Shown: positions 27,684 to 38,192, counted from the stretch's first letter. The stretch: 64,000 nt of DNA from an uncultured Spirochaetota bacterium (GCA_963734545.1 CAVTHO010000004.1:576001-640000), one strand, 5' to 3'. The notes: generated from the sequence alone by a model not told the origin. Translations and numbers: made by a program.

Positions 27684-29993
27684 CTAGTGCGGCGGGGCCG
27701 GCGTGGCAGGCCCGAAGACGCCCATTCCCTTCTGTGATTCTCCATCCAGATAAACCTGCAGGAACAGTCCCTGCCTGACCGAGGGCACGTGCACGAGCTT
27801 GATCACTTCCGCAAGGTCCTTCAGCCCGGGATCGATTCGGGCAAGGGAGTTCTCCGAGCCGAGCAGCAGCTCCTCCTTCAGCATGTTCCCCGGTGTATCG
27901 GGGTACAGGGGCATGATGGCGATGTCCGCCTCGACGAGGTCCTGGAAGAAATGCGTGCCATAGGAGACCTCAGGAGTATAACCGTCCCGGGCAAAAGCGA
28001 TTTCTACGAGGAGCCGCGTGTTGTTGATGTCCGAGTAGGTGACCCTCACGCCGAGGTTGATGTCGTTGCTCCCCCACCTGCCGGGGCCGAGAAGCGCATA
28101 GCGCTTTCCTGCCAGGCGCTGATTGAGCTGGCCCACGGCCCACCCCACCCTGTGCTTCTTCTCTACGCTGTCCAGCCGGTCGTATGCGCGGGGATCCACG
28201 TACACGATGAACTCGATATCGGGGATCGAGACGCTGGAAAGACCCGAGTGCGTGACAAAGAGTTTTTCCGTCTCCGGCACGCCGGCCGGAATCACGACCC
28301 GATCCACTTCCCTTCGCAGGGAGAGGGACCTGCACTGAAGGATGTACAGCTTCCCGTCGTCCCAGGCGAACTCCATGTCGACGGGCCTTCCGTAGGCTGC
28401 CTGGACAGTGGCGAGGAGCTTCTTTGCAAGCGGGACGAATGGCGACTTGGAAAGGAAGTTTTCGAATGTCAGGCAGAGCGAAGAGGCCGGCAATTCCTGC
28501 GTCTTGAAAAGCGGCGCGCGCATCTCCCCGTTTGCGGCCAGGGAGACCGCCATGAAAAGATCCGGATGCGCGGTCTGCGTTGCCAGCGACCGGAAATCCA
28601 CGGTCTCGAAGGTCCCCTTCTTGAGATTTATGGCATCCACCATCTTCTGCGAATACTTGTAGATCTGCTCAGGCGTGACCTCGGGACGGAGCAGGGCATG
28701 GCTCAACGGAACCATGCGGGGATAATCGCCCCCCACCCTGTCCACGGCGCGCGTGCCCAGCCCGAACACGAGCCGCACCAGGCCGTCCGCTTTCCTGATC
28801 TTCGGGTTCCATGCCCACGTATTCGATGAATACATCACGCCGGCTGCCAGGGGGAAGAGCCAGTCCCCGAACCTGCGTCCCACCACCTTCTGCACGATCA
28901 TGGCCATGCGCTCGTTGTAGTCGAGGAGGCTGTGATCCCTGCGGTAGATGATGGGATCGGGTCCGTACATGCTGGCAAGGACGGTCTTCACGCCGCGCAG
29001 GAAGGCGGCCAGCCGCGCATCCTCGTCTCCGAGATTGGCGAGGAAGATCGACTGGTACTTGCCCGAGAACGCGAGGCCGAAGCTGTCCTCGAGGTAGCTG
29101 GAGGAACGCACGATGATGGGGTGCTCGCCGATCTGGCGGATGAGGAGCCTGAACTCCTCCAGGACGTCGGCGGGGAATGATGCCTTCTCGAACATGCCGC
29201 CGACGCGCTTGAACTCCTCGTCAATCGCCTCCCTGTCGCGGTACTTGTGCGTATGGAAGCCGTAGAAATGGTTCCGGTCGATGAAATCGGAGAATACACC
29301 GGAGCTGATGTACCAGGTTTCAGGAACCGCGATGTATTTCTCGAAATCCGGATCCCGCTCCGTCAGGATGGGCAGGAGGATCTTCTGAGCCACGATCATG
29401 CCGGCGGCCTTGCCCCCGAGCTTGCCCGGATAGGCCACGTGACCGATCGTGTGGCCCAGCACCGTGTCGATATCCCGGATGGTGACGTGGTTCTTGGCAA
29501 TGCCGATGAAGGGGAGCTGGCTGGACATGTAGCGGGAGAGCAGCGAAACCCGGATGCCTTCCGCCTCCTCGCGTGATATGTACAGCTCCCCCTTCGGTAT
29601 GTCGCAGAACTCCCGCAAGGCGCGCCAGATCGTCTCCGCAGGGGCGCTGTCACTCGCCACCACCCGACCCAGCTCCTGGCACTTGTCCCTCTTGCGGACG
29701 AGATTGACCCAGTTCTCCGCCTCTTCGGGGCTTACCGTGTTGGCGAAGAGAAGGTCGATGAGTGCATCGGCGTACTCCGCGCGATTGAGCTCGGTGTCCT
29801 CGACACCGTCCGCCTGCATCTGCTCTCCCGCCATCGCGGCAAGGCCTTCCCGGGTGATGACGCCGCGATCTGCCAGCACGTCCAGAAAAGTGCTGCGCAT
29901 CTGGGGCAGAAGCTCGGGATAGCGCGCGATGGTGCGAAAGAGACGATAGCCCTTGACGGGGCTGAGAGTGGCCGGACCCCCGCGCGCGCTCAC
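27684..29993 (-). CDS. PEP/pyruvate-binding (PEP synthase N-terminal, ATP-grasp-like) domain protein
   Basis: LGGKAAG, IVRSSSYLEDS...FSGKY, GLGTRAVDR, PVDMEFA, LQCR, GPGRWGS, SYGTHFFQDLVE. No phospho-His domain seen. Confidence 0.85.
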   Translation of the reverse strand: MSARGGPATLSPVKGYRLFRTIARYPELLPQMRSTFLDVLADRGVITREGLAAMAGEQMQADGVEDTELNRAEYADALIDLLFANTVSPEEAENWVNLVRKRDKCQELGRVVASDSAPAETIWRALREFCDIPKGELYISREEAEGIRVSLLSRYMSSQLPFIGIAKNHVTIRDIDTVLGHTIGHVAYPGKLGGKAAGMIVAQKILLPILTERDPDFEKYIAVPETWYISSGVFSDFIDRNHFYGFHTHKYRDREAIDEEFKRVGGMFEKASFPADVLEEFRLLIRQIGEHPIIVRSSSYLEDSFGLAFSGKYQSIFLANLGDEDARLAAFLRGVKTVLASMYGPDPIIYRRDHSLLDYNERMAMIVQKVVGRRFGDWLFPLAAGVMYSSNTWAWNPKIRKADGLVRLVFGLGTRAVDRVGGDYPRMVPLSHALLRPEVTPEQIYKYSQKMVDAINLKKGTFETVDFRSLATQTAHPDLFMAVSLAANGEMRAPLFKTQELPASSLCLTFENFLSKSPFVPLAKKLLATVQAAYGRPVDMEFAWDDGKLYILQCRSLSLRREVDRVVIPAGVPETEKLFVTHSGLSSVSIPDIEFIVYVDPRAYDRLDSVEKKHRVGWAVGQLNQRLAGKRYALLGPGRWGSNDINLGVRVTYSDINNTRLLVEIAFARDGYTPEVSYGTHFFQDLVEADIAIMPLYPDTPGNMLKEELLLGSENSLARIDPGLKDLAEVIKLVHVPSVRQGLFLQVYLDGESQKGMGVFGPATPAPPH

Positions 29994-31237
29994 ACCCAGC
30001 CGCGAAGCTTGCAGGCTTCCGCTACTCTGCTCACGGATACGAGGTATGCGGCTTCCCGCATGTTGCTCTTGTGCCGTTCGTGCATTGCATACACGTCCTG
30101 GAAAGCCTTCGTCATCTTCTCATCCAGCCTGCTGTAGACCAGATCGAGATTCCAGTAGTAGTTATATGCGTTCTGCACCTGCTCGAAGTACGACACGGTC
30201 ACCCCGCCCGCGTTTGCCAGGAAGTCGGGAATGACGAACACGTCGTTCTTGAAGAGGATGACGTCCGCCTCCGGCGTCGTGGGGCCGTTGGCCAGCTCGC
30301 AGACGATCTTCGCCTTGATGCGATCCGCGTTCTTGTCCGTGATGGAGTTTTCGAGCGCTGCCGGGAACAGGACGGTGACGTCGAGCTCCAGCAGTTTCTC
30401 ATTGGTGATGCTTTCCGCGTCGGGAAAGTCCTTGAGGCTGCCGGTACGCCGCTTGTGGTCGGCGAGCGCCTTCGCGTTGATTCCGCGCGCATTGTGCACC
30501 CCGCCTTGAGAGTCCGAGGCGGCCACGAGCTTGAGTCCGAGGAGCTCCTCCCCGAGGGACGCCGCGTACTGGCCCGCGTTCCCGAAACCCTGGATGGCCA
30601 TGGTCTTGCCATTGAGATCCAGCCCGAGCTTCGCCGCCGCCTCGCGCGTCACGTAGATGCCGCCGCGCGCAGTGGCGTCGCCGCGGCCGGCGGAGCCGCC
30701 GAGGGCTATCGGCTTGCCGGTGATCACGCCGGGGCTGTGCGTGCCGATGATCGTCTCGTACTCGTCCATCATCCACGCCATTATGTCCGGCGTGGTATAC
30801 ACGTCGGGAGCCGGCACGTCGCCGGTTTCCGAGAGGAATCGTCCCACTGCCCGCACGTAGGCGCGCGCCAGCTTCTCTTTCTCCGTTGCGGAAAGCTCCT
30901 TGGGATTGCACGTCACACCGCCCTTTGCCCCCCCGAGGGGAAGGTCCACGACCGCCGTCTTCCAGGTCATCCAGGCGGAGAGCGCCCTCACCGTATCGAT
31001 GGTTTCATCCGGGTGCCAGCGAAGACCGCCTTTTGTGGGGCCGCGCGCGCCGTTGTAGTGGACACGATAGCCATGGAAGACCCTGACGGAGCCGTCGTCC
31101 AGGCGGACGGGGAACGATACCTGCAGCTCGCGCTGGGGCCAGCGGAGGAGTTGGTGGGTGGCTTCGTCCAGTCCAAGGGTCGCCGCCGCCGTGTCCAGCT
31201 GTTTCTGCGCAATCTTGAAGGGGTTCAGCTCAGCCAT
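29990..31237 (-). CDS. gdhA: Glutamate dehydrogenase (Glu/Leu/Phe/Val dehydrogenase family)
   Basis: GPTKGGLR, MTWK, GGAKGG, DVPAPD, QGFGNAG, ANAGGVTVSYFE. Confidence 0.93.
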   Translation of the reverse strand: MAELNPFKIAQKQLDTAAATLGLDEATHQLLRWPQRELQVSFPVRLDDGSVRVFHGYRVHYNGARGPTKGGLRWHPDETIDTVRALSAWMTWKTAVVDLPLGGAKGGVTCNPKELSATEKEKLARAYVRAVGRFLSETGDVPAPDVYTTPDIMAWMMDEYETIIGTHSPGVITGKPIALGGSAGRGDATARGGIYVTREAAAKLGLDLNGKTMAIQGFGNAGQYAASLGEELLGLKLVAASDSQGGVHNARGINAKALADHKRRTGSLKDFPDAESITNEKLLELDVTVLFPAALENSITDKNADRIKAKIVCELANGPTTPEADVILFKNDVFVIPDFLANAGGVTVSYFEQVQNAYNYYWNLDLVYSRLDEKMTKAFQDVYAMHERHKSNMREAAYLVSVSRVAEACKLRGWV

Positions 31238-31306
31238 GCATGTTACTCCTTGTCTTCCTGCCTGGATACTATATGCGAGAGAATTCCCGGGCGCAAGTCA
31301 CGAGGA

Positions 31307-32227
31307 TCAGCCCGCCAGATCCCTTGCGCACTCCGCGGCGATGCGGCAGGCCAGGCGCACGTTATTGTGGAACAGCCTGATATTGGTCTCGAGAGACGCG
31401 CCGCCGGAGAGCTCGACGATCCGGGAAAGAAGGAACGGCGTCACTTCCTTGCCGCTGACCGCGCGGCGTTCCAGGTCTTTCAGGGCCTGACCGATCCACC
31501 CGTCCATCGTTGACCGGGGGATCTCCCACTCGACGGGAACCGGGTTCGCCACGAGGATGCCCTGGGGGAATCCCAATGAGCGCTGCACCTGCAGCATGCG
31601 CGCGATCTCCCCGGGGGAATCGGCCCTGAGGAACAGACCGAGGCCGCTGGACCGGGAATAGAATGCGGGAAACTCGGAGGTGCCGTATCCCACGACCGGC
31701 ACGCCAAGGGTTTCCAGCATCTCGAGTGTCTTCGGAAGATCGAGGATCGCCTTGGCGCCCGCCGAGACCACGCACACGGAGGTGGCGGCAAGCTCGCCCA
31801 GGTCCGCGGAGACGTCATACGTGTCAGAGGCTCCCCGATGCACACCGCCGATGCCGCCCGTGGCGAACACGTCGATACCGGCCTGCCGCGCGGCAATCAT
31901 GGTGGCGCACACGGTGGTGGCCGCGGTTTTCCGGGCAGCAAGGGCCCAGGAGAGATCGCGCCGGGACGCCTTCAGCACTCCCTTTTCCGTGCCCAGCCTC
32001 TCCAGCTCCTGCCGGTCAAGACCGACCGCGATCTTCCCGTCCAGGAGGGCGATGGTCGCGGGCACGGCGCCGCATTCCCGCGCAAGGGCCTCCGCGGCGA
32101 GCGCCGTTTCCACGTTGCGTGGATAGGGCATGCCATGGCTGATGATCGTGGATTCGAAAGCAACAACCGGCCGGCGCGCGCGCAGCGCATCCGCCACTTC
32201 GACGGACAGTCTCACCAGGTCAATCAC
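31307..32227 (-). CDS. psuG: Pseudouridine-5'-phosphate glycosidase
   Basis: ESTIISHGMPYP, KASRRD, ATGGIGGVHRG, DVSADL, GAKAILD, GKEVTPFLL. Confidence 0.95.
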   Translation of the reverse strand: MIDLVRLSVEVADALRARRPVVAFESTIISHGMPYPRNVETALAAEALARECGAVPATIALLDGKIAVGLDRQELERLGTEKGVLKASRRDLSWALAARKTAATTVCATMIAARQAGIDVFATGGIGGVHRGASDTYDVSADLGELAATSVCVVSAGAKAILDLPKTLEMLETLGVPVVGYGTSEFPAFYSRSSGLGLFLRADSPGEIARMLQVQRSLGFPQGILVANPVPVEWEIPRSTMDGWIGQALKDLERRAVSGKEVTPFLLSRIVELSGGASLETNIRLFHNNVRLACRIAAECARDLAG

Positions 32228-33049
32228 AGCGCGCCTCGCTGGAGCTTTTCCTCGACGAAAGCCATTGCCCCGTGCACGGCGGCGGTTATTTCCTCCCCTG
32301 CATGGAGCCGTGAAAGAAGCGCGGCAAGCAGCAGGTCTCCTGCGCCGGTGGTATCCTGCGCCTGCACGACAACGGACGGCGGGAAATCCTCCCGGCCCTC
32401 CTTGCGGTACAATTGTGCCCCCTCGCTGCCGCGTGTCACGAGAATATTCAGAATGCGCTTCTCCGCCATGAACGCGGGAATATCAGTCGTGAGAGCCCGC
32501 AGCTCCTCACCGGTCGGGGTGAGGAGATACAGGCCACGGAGGGCCCCGGCGATGCCGAACGGCCTTTTCCACGGACACGGGCTCGAAAACCACGCGCGTA
32601 CGGTCCGCGTAGCGGCGCGTCAGGTCCGCGAGGAGCCGGGGCGACAGGTTCGCATCCAGCACGAGGAAGTCCTTCTGCCCGGGATCACCGAGCCGGCTGA
32701 TCACGAAGTCAGCGGAGAGGGACTCTTCCACGATGCGAAAGTCCGAGGCACCTACTTTCAGGCTCCCTTTTTCCATGAGCGCGAGGTACAGCGGGGGTCC
32801 GGCGTCCGCGCCCCGCACCACCTGGAGGGCCACATCACCGTCGGCTTCCAGCGCCTGCCGTGCCCACTGCGAGATAGGGTCGACCCCCAGCGCGGTGATG
32901 AACCGCCTGGGCGCGTCGAGATTGCTGAAAATGCGATACCCCACCCCGCCGAGCCCGAGCTTGATGTCCGATGGGTTCGAAGTGCCTTCGAGAAACTTTT
33001 CCCGGACAGCGATCATGTCGATTGCAACGGCGCCCACTACAAAGATCAT
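32224..33049 (-). CDS. psuK: PfkB-family kinase, probable pseudouridine kinase, frameshift near 32550
   Basis: VVGAVAID, GGVG, LDANL, FEPVS, VTRGSEG, DTTGAGD; translationally coupled to psuG. Confidence 0.75.
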
Positions 33050-33118
33050 GCACATGACGATGCGCGATCCTCTTCCGACTGTCAATTCTCCTGTCGTTGT
33101 GGTATCAATGATACTGCG

Positions 33119-34750
33119 ATGGCACACGGCACCGCGGGCAGAGAGCAGGACATCGTTCTCAAGGGCGGTCTCGTCGTCGACGGCACGGGCGGCGCGCCTT
33201 TTTCCGGCACTATTCTGATCCGGGCGGGCAAAATCCATCACATATCACCCCGGCCCATCCGCTCCAAAGGCATTGCGATCGACTGCGCGGGCAAGGTCAT
33301 CGCGCCCGGATTCATCGATGCGCATTCCCACCTGGACTGGCACATACCCATCAAGGGGCACGATGAGCTGAAGTACCCTTTCCTGGCGCAGGGCATAACG
33401 ACCGTGGTGGCGGGAAATTGCGGGGCATCCGCCGCCGGCTTCAGGGAGAACAGCGCCTGGAAGGGGCAGGCCGAGAGCAATCTCCTGAGGAACGGACTTC
33501 TGAAAATCGAATGGGATTCGGTGAGCGACTATCTGTCGCGCATCGGCTCATCCGGCGCCAGCCATAACATCGCGCTGCTCGTGGGGCATGGCTCGACGCG
33601 CGCCTCCATTCGCGGCAATGTCCCCTCTCCCCTTCATCCCTACGAGGCCAAGGAGCTTCTGTGGCTGCTGGAAAACGCCATGGATCAGGGGGCCTGCGGA
33701 GTCTCGCTCGGCCTTCAGTACGAACCAGGCCTTTTTGCCAGTCCCGAGGAAATCAGGGAAGTCGCCCTGTTGGTCAAGAAAAAGGGCAAGATCCTCTCGG
33801 TTCACCTGCGCGCCCTTTCCGCCCTTGCCCCCGGATACCCTCTGCGGGCCTTCGGAGAGCCGCATAACGTGGCTGCGCTCCGCGAGATGCTGGACCTTGC
33901 GAGGCGCACCGGCGTGCGGCTCCAGATCTCGCATCTCATCTTCGTCGGCTCACGGACATGGCGGACAGCGGAGACCGTTCTGGAGCTCATCGACAAGGCC
34001 ATCGCGGACGGTGTCGACGTGCGCTTTGACGCCTACCCCTTTCACTGCGGAGCGTCGGTGATCAGCGTCATGCTGTCCCCGTGGTTCATTGCGAAAGGCC
34101 AGGCCGCCTACGAGGATGCCGGGGCGCTTCGACAGCAGAAGCGGGAAATACAGCGCGTGGAGCGTCTGCTCGGCTTCGGGCCGTCGGATATCCAGGTGAC
34201 TGATACGCTGGACAGCGACCTTGCCGACTACAACGGGAAGTTCCTTCACGAGATCGCGCGCGTGCGCAGGATGAACCCCGTCGAGGCTTTGATCGATATC
34301 TCGCGGCGAAGCCACGGGCGCGCGCGGGTGCTCTGTCATCGCTACAGCAATGACAAGATCGTCGAAGCCCTGATGAAGCACCCTGCCGCGCTCTTCATGA
34401 CGGACGCCTGGGTGGAGCGGACCGGGCTGCAGAACCCCTCCGCGTACGGGGCTTTCCCGCGGCTGCTGCAGATGACGCGCGAGCGCCGGTTGCTGCCGCT
34501 GGAGGAAGTGATCCGCAAGATGACCGGCGCAACGGCAGAGCGTTTCGGGCTTGCCGGCCGGGGTGTGCTGAGGGAAGGATTCCCCGCGGACGTCACGGTC
34601 TTCGACTATGAAAACGTACGGGACAACACGACAACCAGTGAGACCAGCATGGCGCCTTCGGGCATCGAATACGTGATCGTGAACGGACAAAAGATAATCG
34701 GGGCGGGGCGGAAGGAACACCCCCTGAACGCCGGCGTCGCTCTTCCCTGA
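33119..34750 (+). CDS. N-acyl-D-amino-acid deacylase-family amidohydrolase
   Basis: VVDGTG, APGFIDAHSH, QGITTVVAGNCG, QISH, YGAFPR, IRKMTG, ADVTVFD. Confidence 0.88.
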   Translation: MAHGTAGREQDIVLKGGLVVDGTGGAPFSGTILIRAGKIHHISPRPIRSKGIAIDCAGKVIAPGFIDAHSHLDWHIPIKGHDELKYPFLAQGITTVVAGNCGASAAGFRENSAWKGQAESNLLRNGLLKIEWDSVSDYLSRIGSSGASHNIALLVGHGSTRASIRGNVPSPLHPYEAKELLWLLENAMDQGACGVSLGLQYEPGLFASPEEIREVALLVKKKGKILSVHLRALSALAPGYPLRAFGEPHNVAALREMLDLARRTGVRLQISHLIFVGSRTWRTAETVLELIDKAIADGVDVRFDAYPFHCGASVISVMLSPWFIAKGQAAYEDAGALRQQKREIQRVERLLGFGPSDIQVTDTLDSDLADYNGKFLHEIARVRRMNPVEALIDISRRSHGRARVLCHRYSNDKIVEALMKHPAALFMTDAWVERTGLQNPSAYGAFPRLLQMTRERRLLPLEEVIRKMTGATAERFGLAGRGVLREGFPADVTVFDYENVRDNTTTSETSMAPSGIEYVIVNGQKIIGAGRKEHPLNAGVALP

Positions 34751-34800
34751 GCGCCGCGGTATCCCCGCGGATTTATCGCGCCGCGGTATTTCCGCGGATT
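34751..34800 (-). repeat. Two tandem reverse-orientation copies of the CCGCGG-N5-CCGCGG palindromic repeat
   Basis: GCGCCGCGGTATCCCCGCGGATT (34751-34773) and GCGCCGCGGTATTTCCGCGGATT (34778-34800) fill the gap between convergent stop codons. Confidence 0.85.
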
Positions 34801-36301
34801 ATCGTAGTATCTTCTTCAGCTCCTCTTCCCACCGCCCGTACGCCTCGAGATAGGCGGGTCTCCGCGATTGATCCGGCTCGGCGATCTGCACGGCCTTCAG
34901 GCCGACAAAAGCCTCTTTCATGGTGGTGTACACACCCGCGCCGAGGCCGGCGCCGCGCGCGGCGCCCTGCGCGCCGTCCGTGCTGAAGAGCTCCACCCGG
35001 GCTCCCGTGACGCTGGCAAAGGCGTCGCGAAACAGCGGACTGAGGAACATGTTGGCGTGACCGGCGCGCACGGTGCGTGCTTCGACCCCCATGCCTCTCA
35101 TGATCCCGAGGCCGTACTGAAGCGCGAATACGATCCCTTCCTGCGCAGCCCGGAGAAGGTGAGGAATACCGTGCCTGTTGAAGTCGAGCCCGAGGATCGA
35201 CGCGCCCGGGTTCCTGTTCTCCAGCGTCCTTTCCGCGCCGTTTCCGTAGGGGAGGATGATCAGGCCGTCGGACCCGATCGGCGCCTCCGAGGCGACCCGG
35301 TTCAGCTCGTCATAGGGGACCGCTCCCGAGTCCCCCACGAGCAGGCGTCGGATCCAGCTGTAAAGGATGCCTGTCCCATTGACGCACATGAGGACGCCGT
35401 AGCGGGGGTTCTCCTTCGAATGCGTGACGTGGACAAATGTGTTCACCCGTGACGCCTCGTCATGGGCCGGCGAGGAGGTGATGCCATAGACCACGCCGGA
35501 AGTTCCCGCGGTGGTGGCAGCCTCCCCCGGATCCACCACGCTGAGGGAAAACGCGTTGTTCGGCTGATCGCCCGCCCTGTAGCAGACCGGCGTTCCCTTC
35601 TTCAGGCCGAGCGCGGCGGCCGCTTCAGCCGTCAGACCGCCCTGCACGGAGAATGTCGGCGAGGGCTCGGGAACCATTTCCCGAGGAATCCCGTACCAAT
35701 CCAGCACGAAATCCGCCAGACCCTGCCGTGAGAAATCCCAGAGGATGCCCTCCGAGAGCCCCGAAGGAGACGTGCGGATTTCCCCCGTCATGCGCAGGGC
35801 CACCCAGTCACCGGGGAGCATGAACTTTGCGACACGTGCGAAAATGTCCGGCTCGTTCTCTTTTACCCATGCGAGCTTGGAGGCGGTGAAATTGCCGGGG
35901 GAGTTCAGCAGGCGTGAGAGGCAGGTCTGCTCACCAATGCCGCGAAACGCATTTTCGCCGATCTGCACCGCCCTGCTGTCGCACCAGATGATGGAAGGCC
36001 GCAGCACCTTCCCGGCCTTGTCCACGAGCACCAGGCCGTGCATCTGGTAGGTGATTCCGATCCCGAGGACCGCGTCGAATGCCTTCCCCGTGGAAGCCTT
36101 GAGCTCCGCGGCTGCCGCGAGGATGTTCTCCCACCAGATCGAAGGGTCCTGCTCGGCCCAGCCCGGCCGCTTTGCCTCTATGGCAAGCTCCTTCTTCGGG
36201 GAGGTTGCCGCGCCTGCCACGACCCCTGTGCCCGCGTCCAGCAGAGTCGCCTTGATCGCGGAGCTCCCCACGTCGATGCCCAAGAGGTATCCGTCACGCA
36301 T
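34799..36301 (-). CDS. xylB: FGGY-family carbohydrate kinase, xylulokinase-like
   Basis: LGIDVGSS, QMHGLV, IIWCDSR, AGDQ, GTSG, PYGNGAER. Confidence 0.85.
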   Translation of the reverse strand: MRDGYLLGIDVGSSAIKATLLDAGTGVVAGAATSPKKELAIEAKRPGWAEQDPSIWWENILAAAAELKASTGKAFDAVLGIGITYQMHGLVLVDKAGKVLRPSIIWCDSRAVQIGENAFRGIGEQTCLSRLLNSPGNFTASKLAWVKENEPDIFARVAKFMLPGDWVALRMTGEIRTSPSGLSEGILWDFSRQGLADFVLDWYGIPREMVPEPSPTFSVQGGLTAEAAAALGLKKGTPVCYRAGDQPNNAFSLSVVDPGEAATTAGTSGVVYGITSSPAHDEASRVNTFVHVTHSKENPRYGVLMCVNGTGILYSWIRRLLVGDSGAVPYDELNRVASEAPIGSDGLIILPYGNGAERTLENRNPGASILGLDFNRHGIPHLLRAAQEGIVFALQYGLGIMRGMGVEARTVRAGHANMFLSPLFRDAFASVTGARVELFSTDGAQGAARGAGLGAGVYTTMKEAFVGLKAVQIAEPDQSRRPAYLEAYGRWEEELKKILR

Positions 36302-36438
36302 GTGGTGGTTATACCCGAGCGCGCCCGGCTTGGGAAGTCCGCGCGGCGCCGGCCGTACGGCGCCGCATCCGGTGGAGAGTCTCGTTCCTTGACGCCGGCG
36401 GACCGAGCGTCTATGCTTTTCTGTCGGGGGAGGCGCAC

Positions 36439-36702
36439 ATGGAACCAGACAAGGGGAACGAGTTCAAGGTCAAGGGCGAAGAGCTGCTCAAAAAGATCAA
36501 AGACATCGTCCACGAGGGAAATGTCCGCAAGATCATCATCAAGGACGACAAGGGCACGCCCTACATGGAGATTCCGCTTACGTTCGGCGTGGTCGGGGCC
36601 CTTATTGCCCCCGTGCTGGCCGCGGTGGGAGCGCTTGCCGCGCTGGCGTCCAACTTTACCCTGGAGATCGTGCGCAAGGACGGGGATTCCAAGACCACCT
36701 AG
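36439..36702 (+). CDS. DUF4342-like small protein
   Basis: KIKDIVHEGNVRKIII...EIPLTFGVVGALIAPVLAAVG. Confidence 0.8.
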   Translation: MEPDKGNEFKVKGEELLKKIKDIVHEGNVRKIIIKDDKGTPYMEIPLTFGVVGALIAPVLAAVGALAALASNFTLEIVRKDGDSKTT

Positions 36703-36896
36703 TAGCGGCGCGAACCTCCCAGGATCCGGGACGGCAGAAAAAGGATTGCCTTGATGAGCGCCAGGACTGCATCCATCGTCATGCCCACTACCCGGAAGGG
36801 CAGCAGCACCAGCCACGCAATGGGGTAGAGCACGAGAACAACAAGGGCCAGCGGCCAGCAGATCAGGACCAGCAGCAGCCAGATCAGGAATCTCAT
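36699..36896 (-). CDS. Small hydrophobic membrane protein, hypothetical
   Basis: 65 aa with CWPLAL...YP...LLPFR; preceded by TTGACA-18-TACCCT. Confidence 0.65.
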   Translation of the reverse strand: MRFLIWLLLVLICWPLALVVLVLYPIAWLVLLPFRVVGMTMDAVLALIKAILFLPSRILGGSRRY

Positions 36897-37012
36897 GGGT
36901 GTGAGGGTAGACGGACCGCCCGGTGATTGTCAATTCAAAGCACACATCCGAGGGGCAAAATCCGTCTCCCGCGGGGTTGTATATCGGTCACCAGAAAGAC
37001 AAGGAGGATGTC

Positions 37013-37306
37013 ATGTCTGACCTCAATGCGAAGGTCGAGCTTGCGCACAAGATCGCGGAGCGCAAGCTGGCGTTCATACGGCACGCAATCAGCTACCTGG
37101 TCGTCATCATCGGCCTGGCCATCGTCAACAACCTCGGCTATGCGAGCGACGGGCCGCGGTACCAGTGGTGGCTCTGGGTGGCGTTCGGATGGGGAATCGG
37201 CGTCGTCTCTCATTTCCTCTCCGCATTCCTCTACCAGTCCGGCAACCTTGTGGAAAAGATGGCGAAACGCGAGCTGGAGAAGATGAATGAGTCGAACAAG
37301 ACTTAG
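37013..37306 (+). CDS. 2TM-domain protein
   Basis: AAGGAGG then ATG at 37013; HAISYLVV...WWLWVAFGWGIGVVSHF. Confidence 0.8.
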   Translation: MSDLNAKVELAHKIAERKLAFIRHAISYLVVIIGLAIVNNLGYASDGPRYQWWLWVAFGWGIGVVSHFLSAFLYQSGNLVEKMAKRELEKMNESNKT

Positions 37307-38192
37307 CCCCATCGACATCCTCGGGATCACTTTGGGAGTCATCGTCATCCTCATCGTCATCGGCAGCGTGGTCGTGATCGCGCAGGGCCGGATGTTCGAC
37401 TTCAGATGGTCGATTCCCGAGCTGCGCGGCTCCTGGGCGCGCCCGCAGGCCTCCATCGGCGGCCCGGTACGGGAAGAAAAGGACGAGAAAATAGCGGGAG
37501 ACTTCGCGGAGATCGAGGTGCGCACCATCGCCGGCTCCATAGCGATCAGCGGGACCTCCGCCGGCGGGGTGAACGTGCACTCCGTGAAGACCGCGATGTT
37601 CCGCAATGCAGCCGACAATGTTCATGTCGAAATCCGGAAACAGGGGAACCGCCTCGTCGTGGAGGAGAAGCACGAGCCGCGTTTCTTCTTTCCCTCCGGC
37701 ACGATCTCGTTCCAGGTCGTGATCCCCCGGGGCGTGAAGCTCATCGATGCGCACTCCGTCAGCGGAAGCATCACGGTGCATGATGTCCTGTCGGGCATCG
37801 ATCAGAGCCTGAGCACGATTTCAGGATCCGTCTCCACGAGCCGCGCGCACAACCTGAGCGCATCCAGCACGAGCGGTCAGATCCAATTCGCCTCGGACGG
37901 CGGCTCTCTCAGCGCGCGCACCGTTTCCGGCTCGATCAATGGTGACATAGACTCCCTTGAAAAAGGGGGTTCCGCACGCCTCGCCACGGTTTCCGGCTCG
38001 GTCACCCTGAACGCGTTCCCCGGCCTGGACGCTAAAATCTCCCTTCATTCGGTGAGCGGGCGCGTTTCCTGTGATTTCCCCGTCACGATCTCCGAGCAGA
38101 AGAACAACCGTCTGGAGGGAACGATCGGCGCGGGGGCGGCCAGCCTGGACGCGGGCACGATCAGCGGAAGCATCAGCATCAACAAGAAGTAG
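37287..38192 (+). CDS. DUF4097-family beta-strand repeat membrane-anchored protein
   Basis: N-terminal TM helix, repeated (T/S)(V/I)SGS(I/V) motifs. Confidence 0.8.
   Translation: MSRTRLSPIDILGITLGVIVILIVIGSVVVIAQGRMFDFRWSIPELRGSWARPQASIGGPVREEKDEKIAGDFAEIEVRTIAGSIAISGTSAGGVNVHSVKTAMFRNAADNVHVEIRKQGNRLVVEEKHEPRFFFPSGTISFQVVIPRGVKLIDAHSVSGSITVHDVLSGIDQSLSTISGSVSTSRAHNLSASSTSGQIQFASDGGSLSARTVSGSINGDIDSLEKGGSARLATVSGSVTLNAFPGLDAKISLHSVSGRVSCDFPVTISEQKNNRLEGTIGAGAASLDAGTISGSISINKK

Noticed and set aside
31838-33118. N-terminal 427 aa of the 970-aa ORF as a fusion to the amidohydrolase
   Set aside because: It is antisense to psuG/psuK; amidohydrolase similarity starts at ATG 33119.
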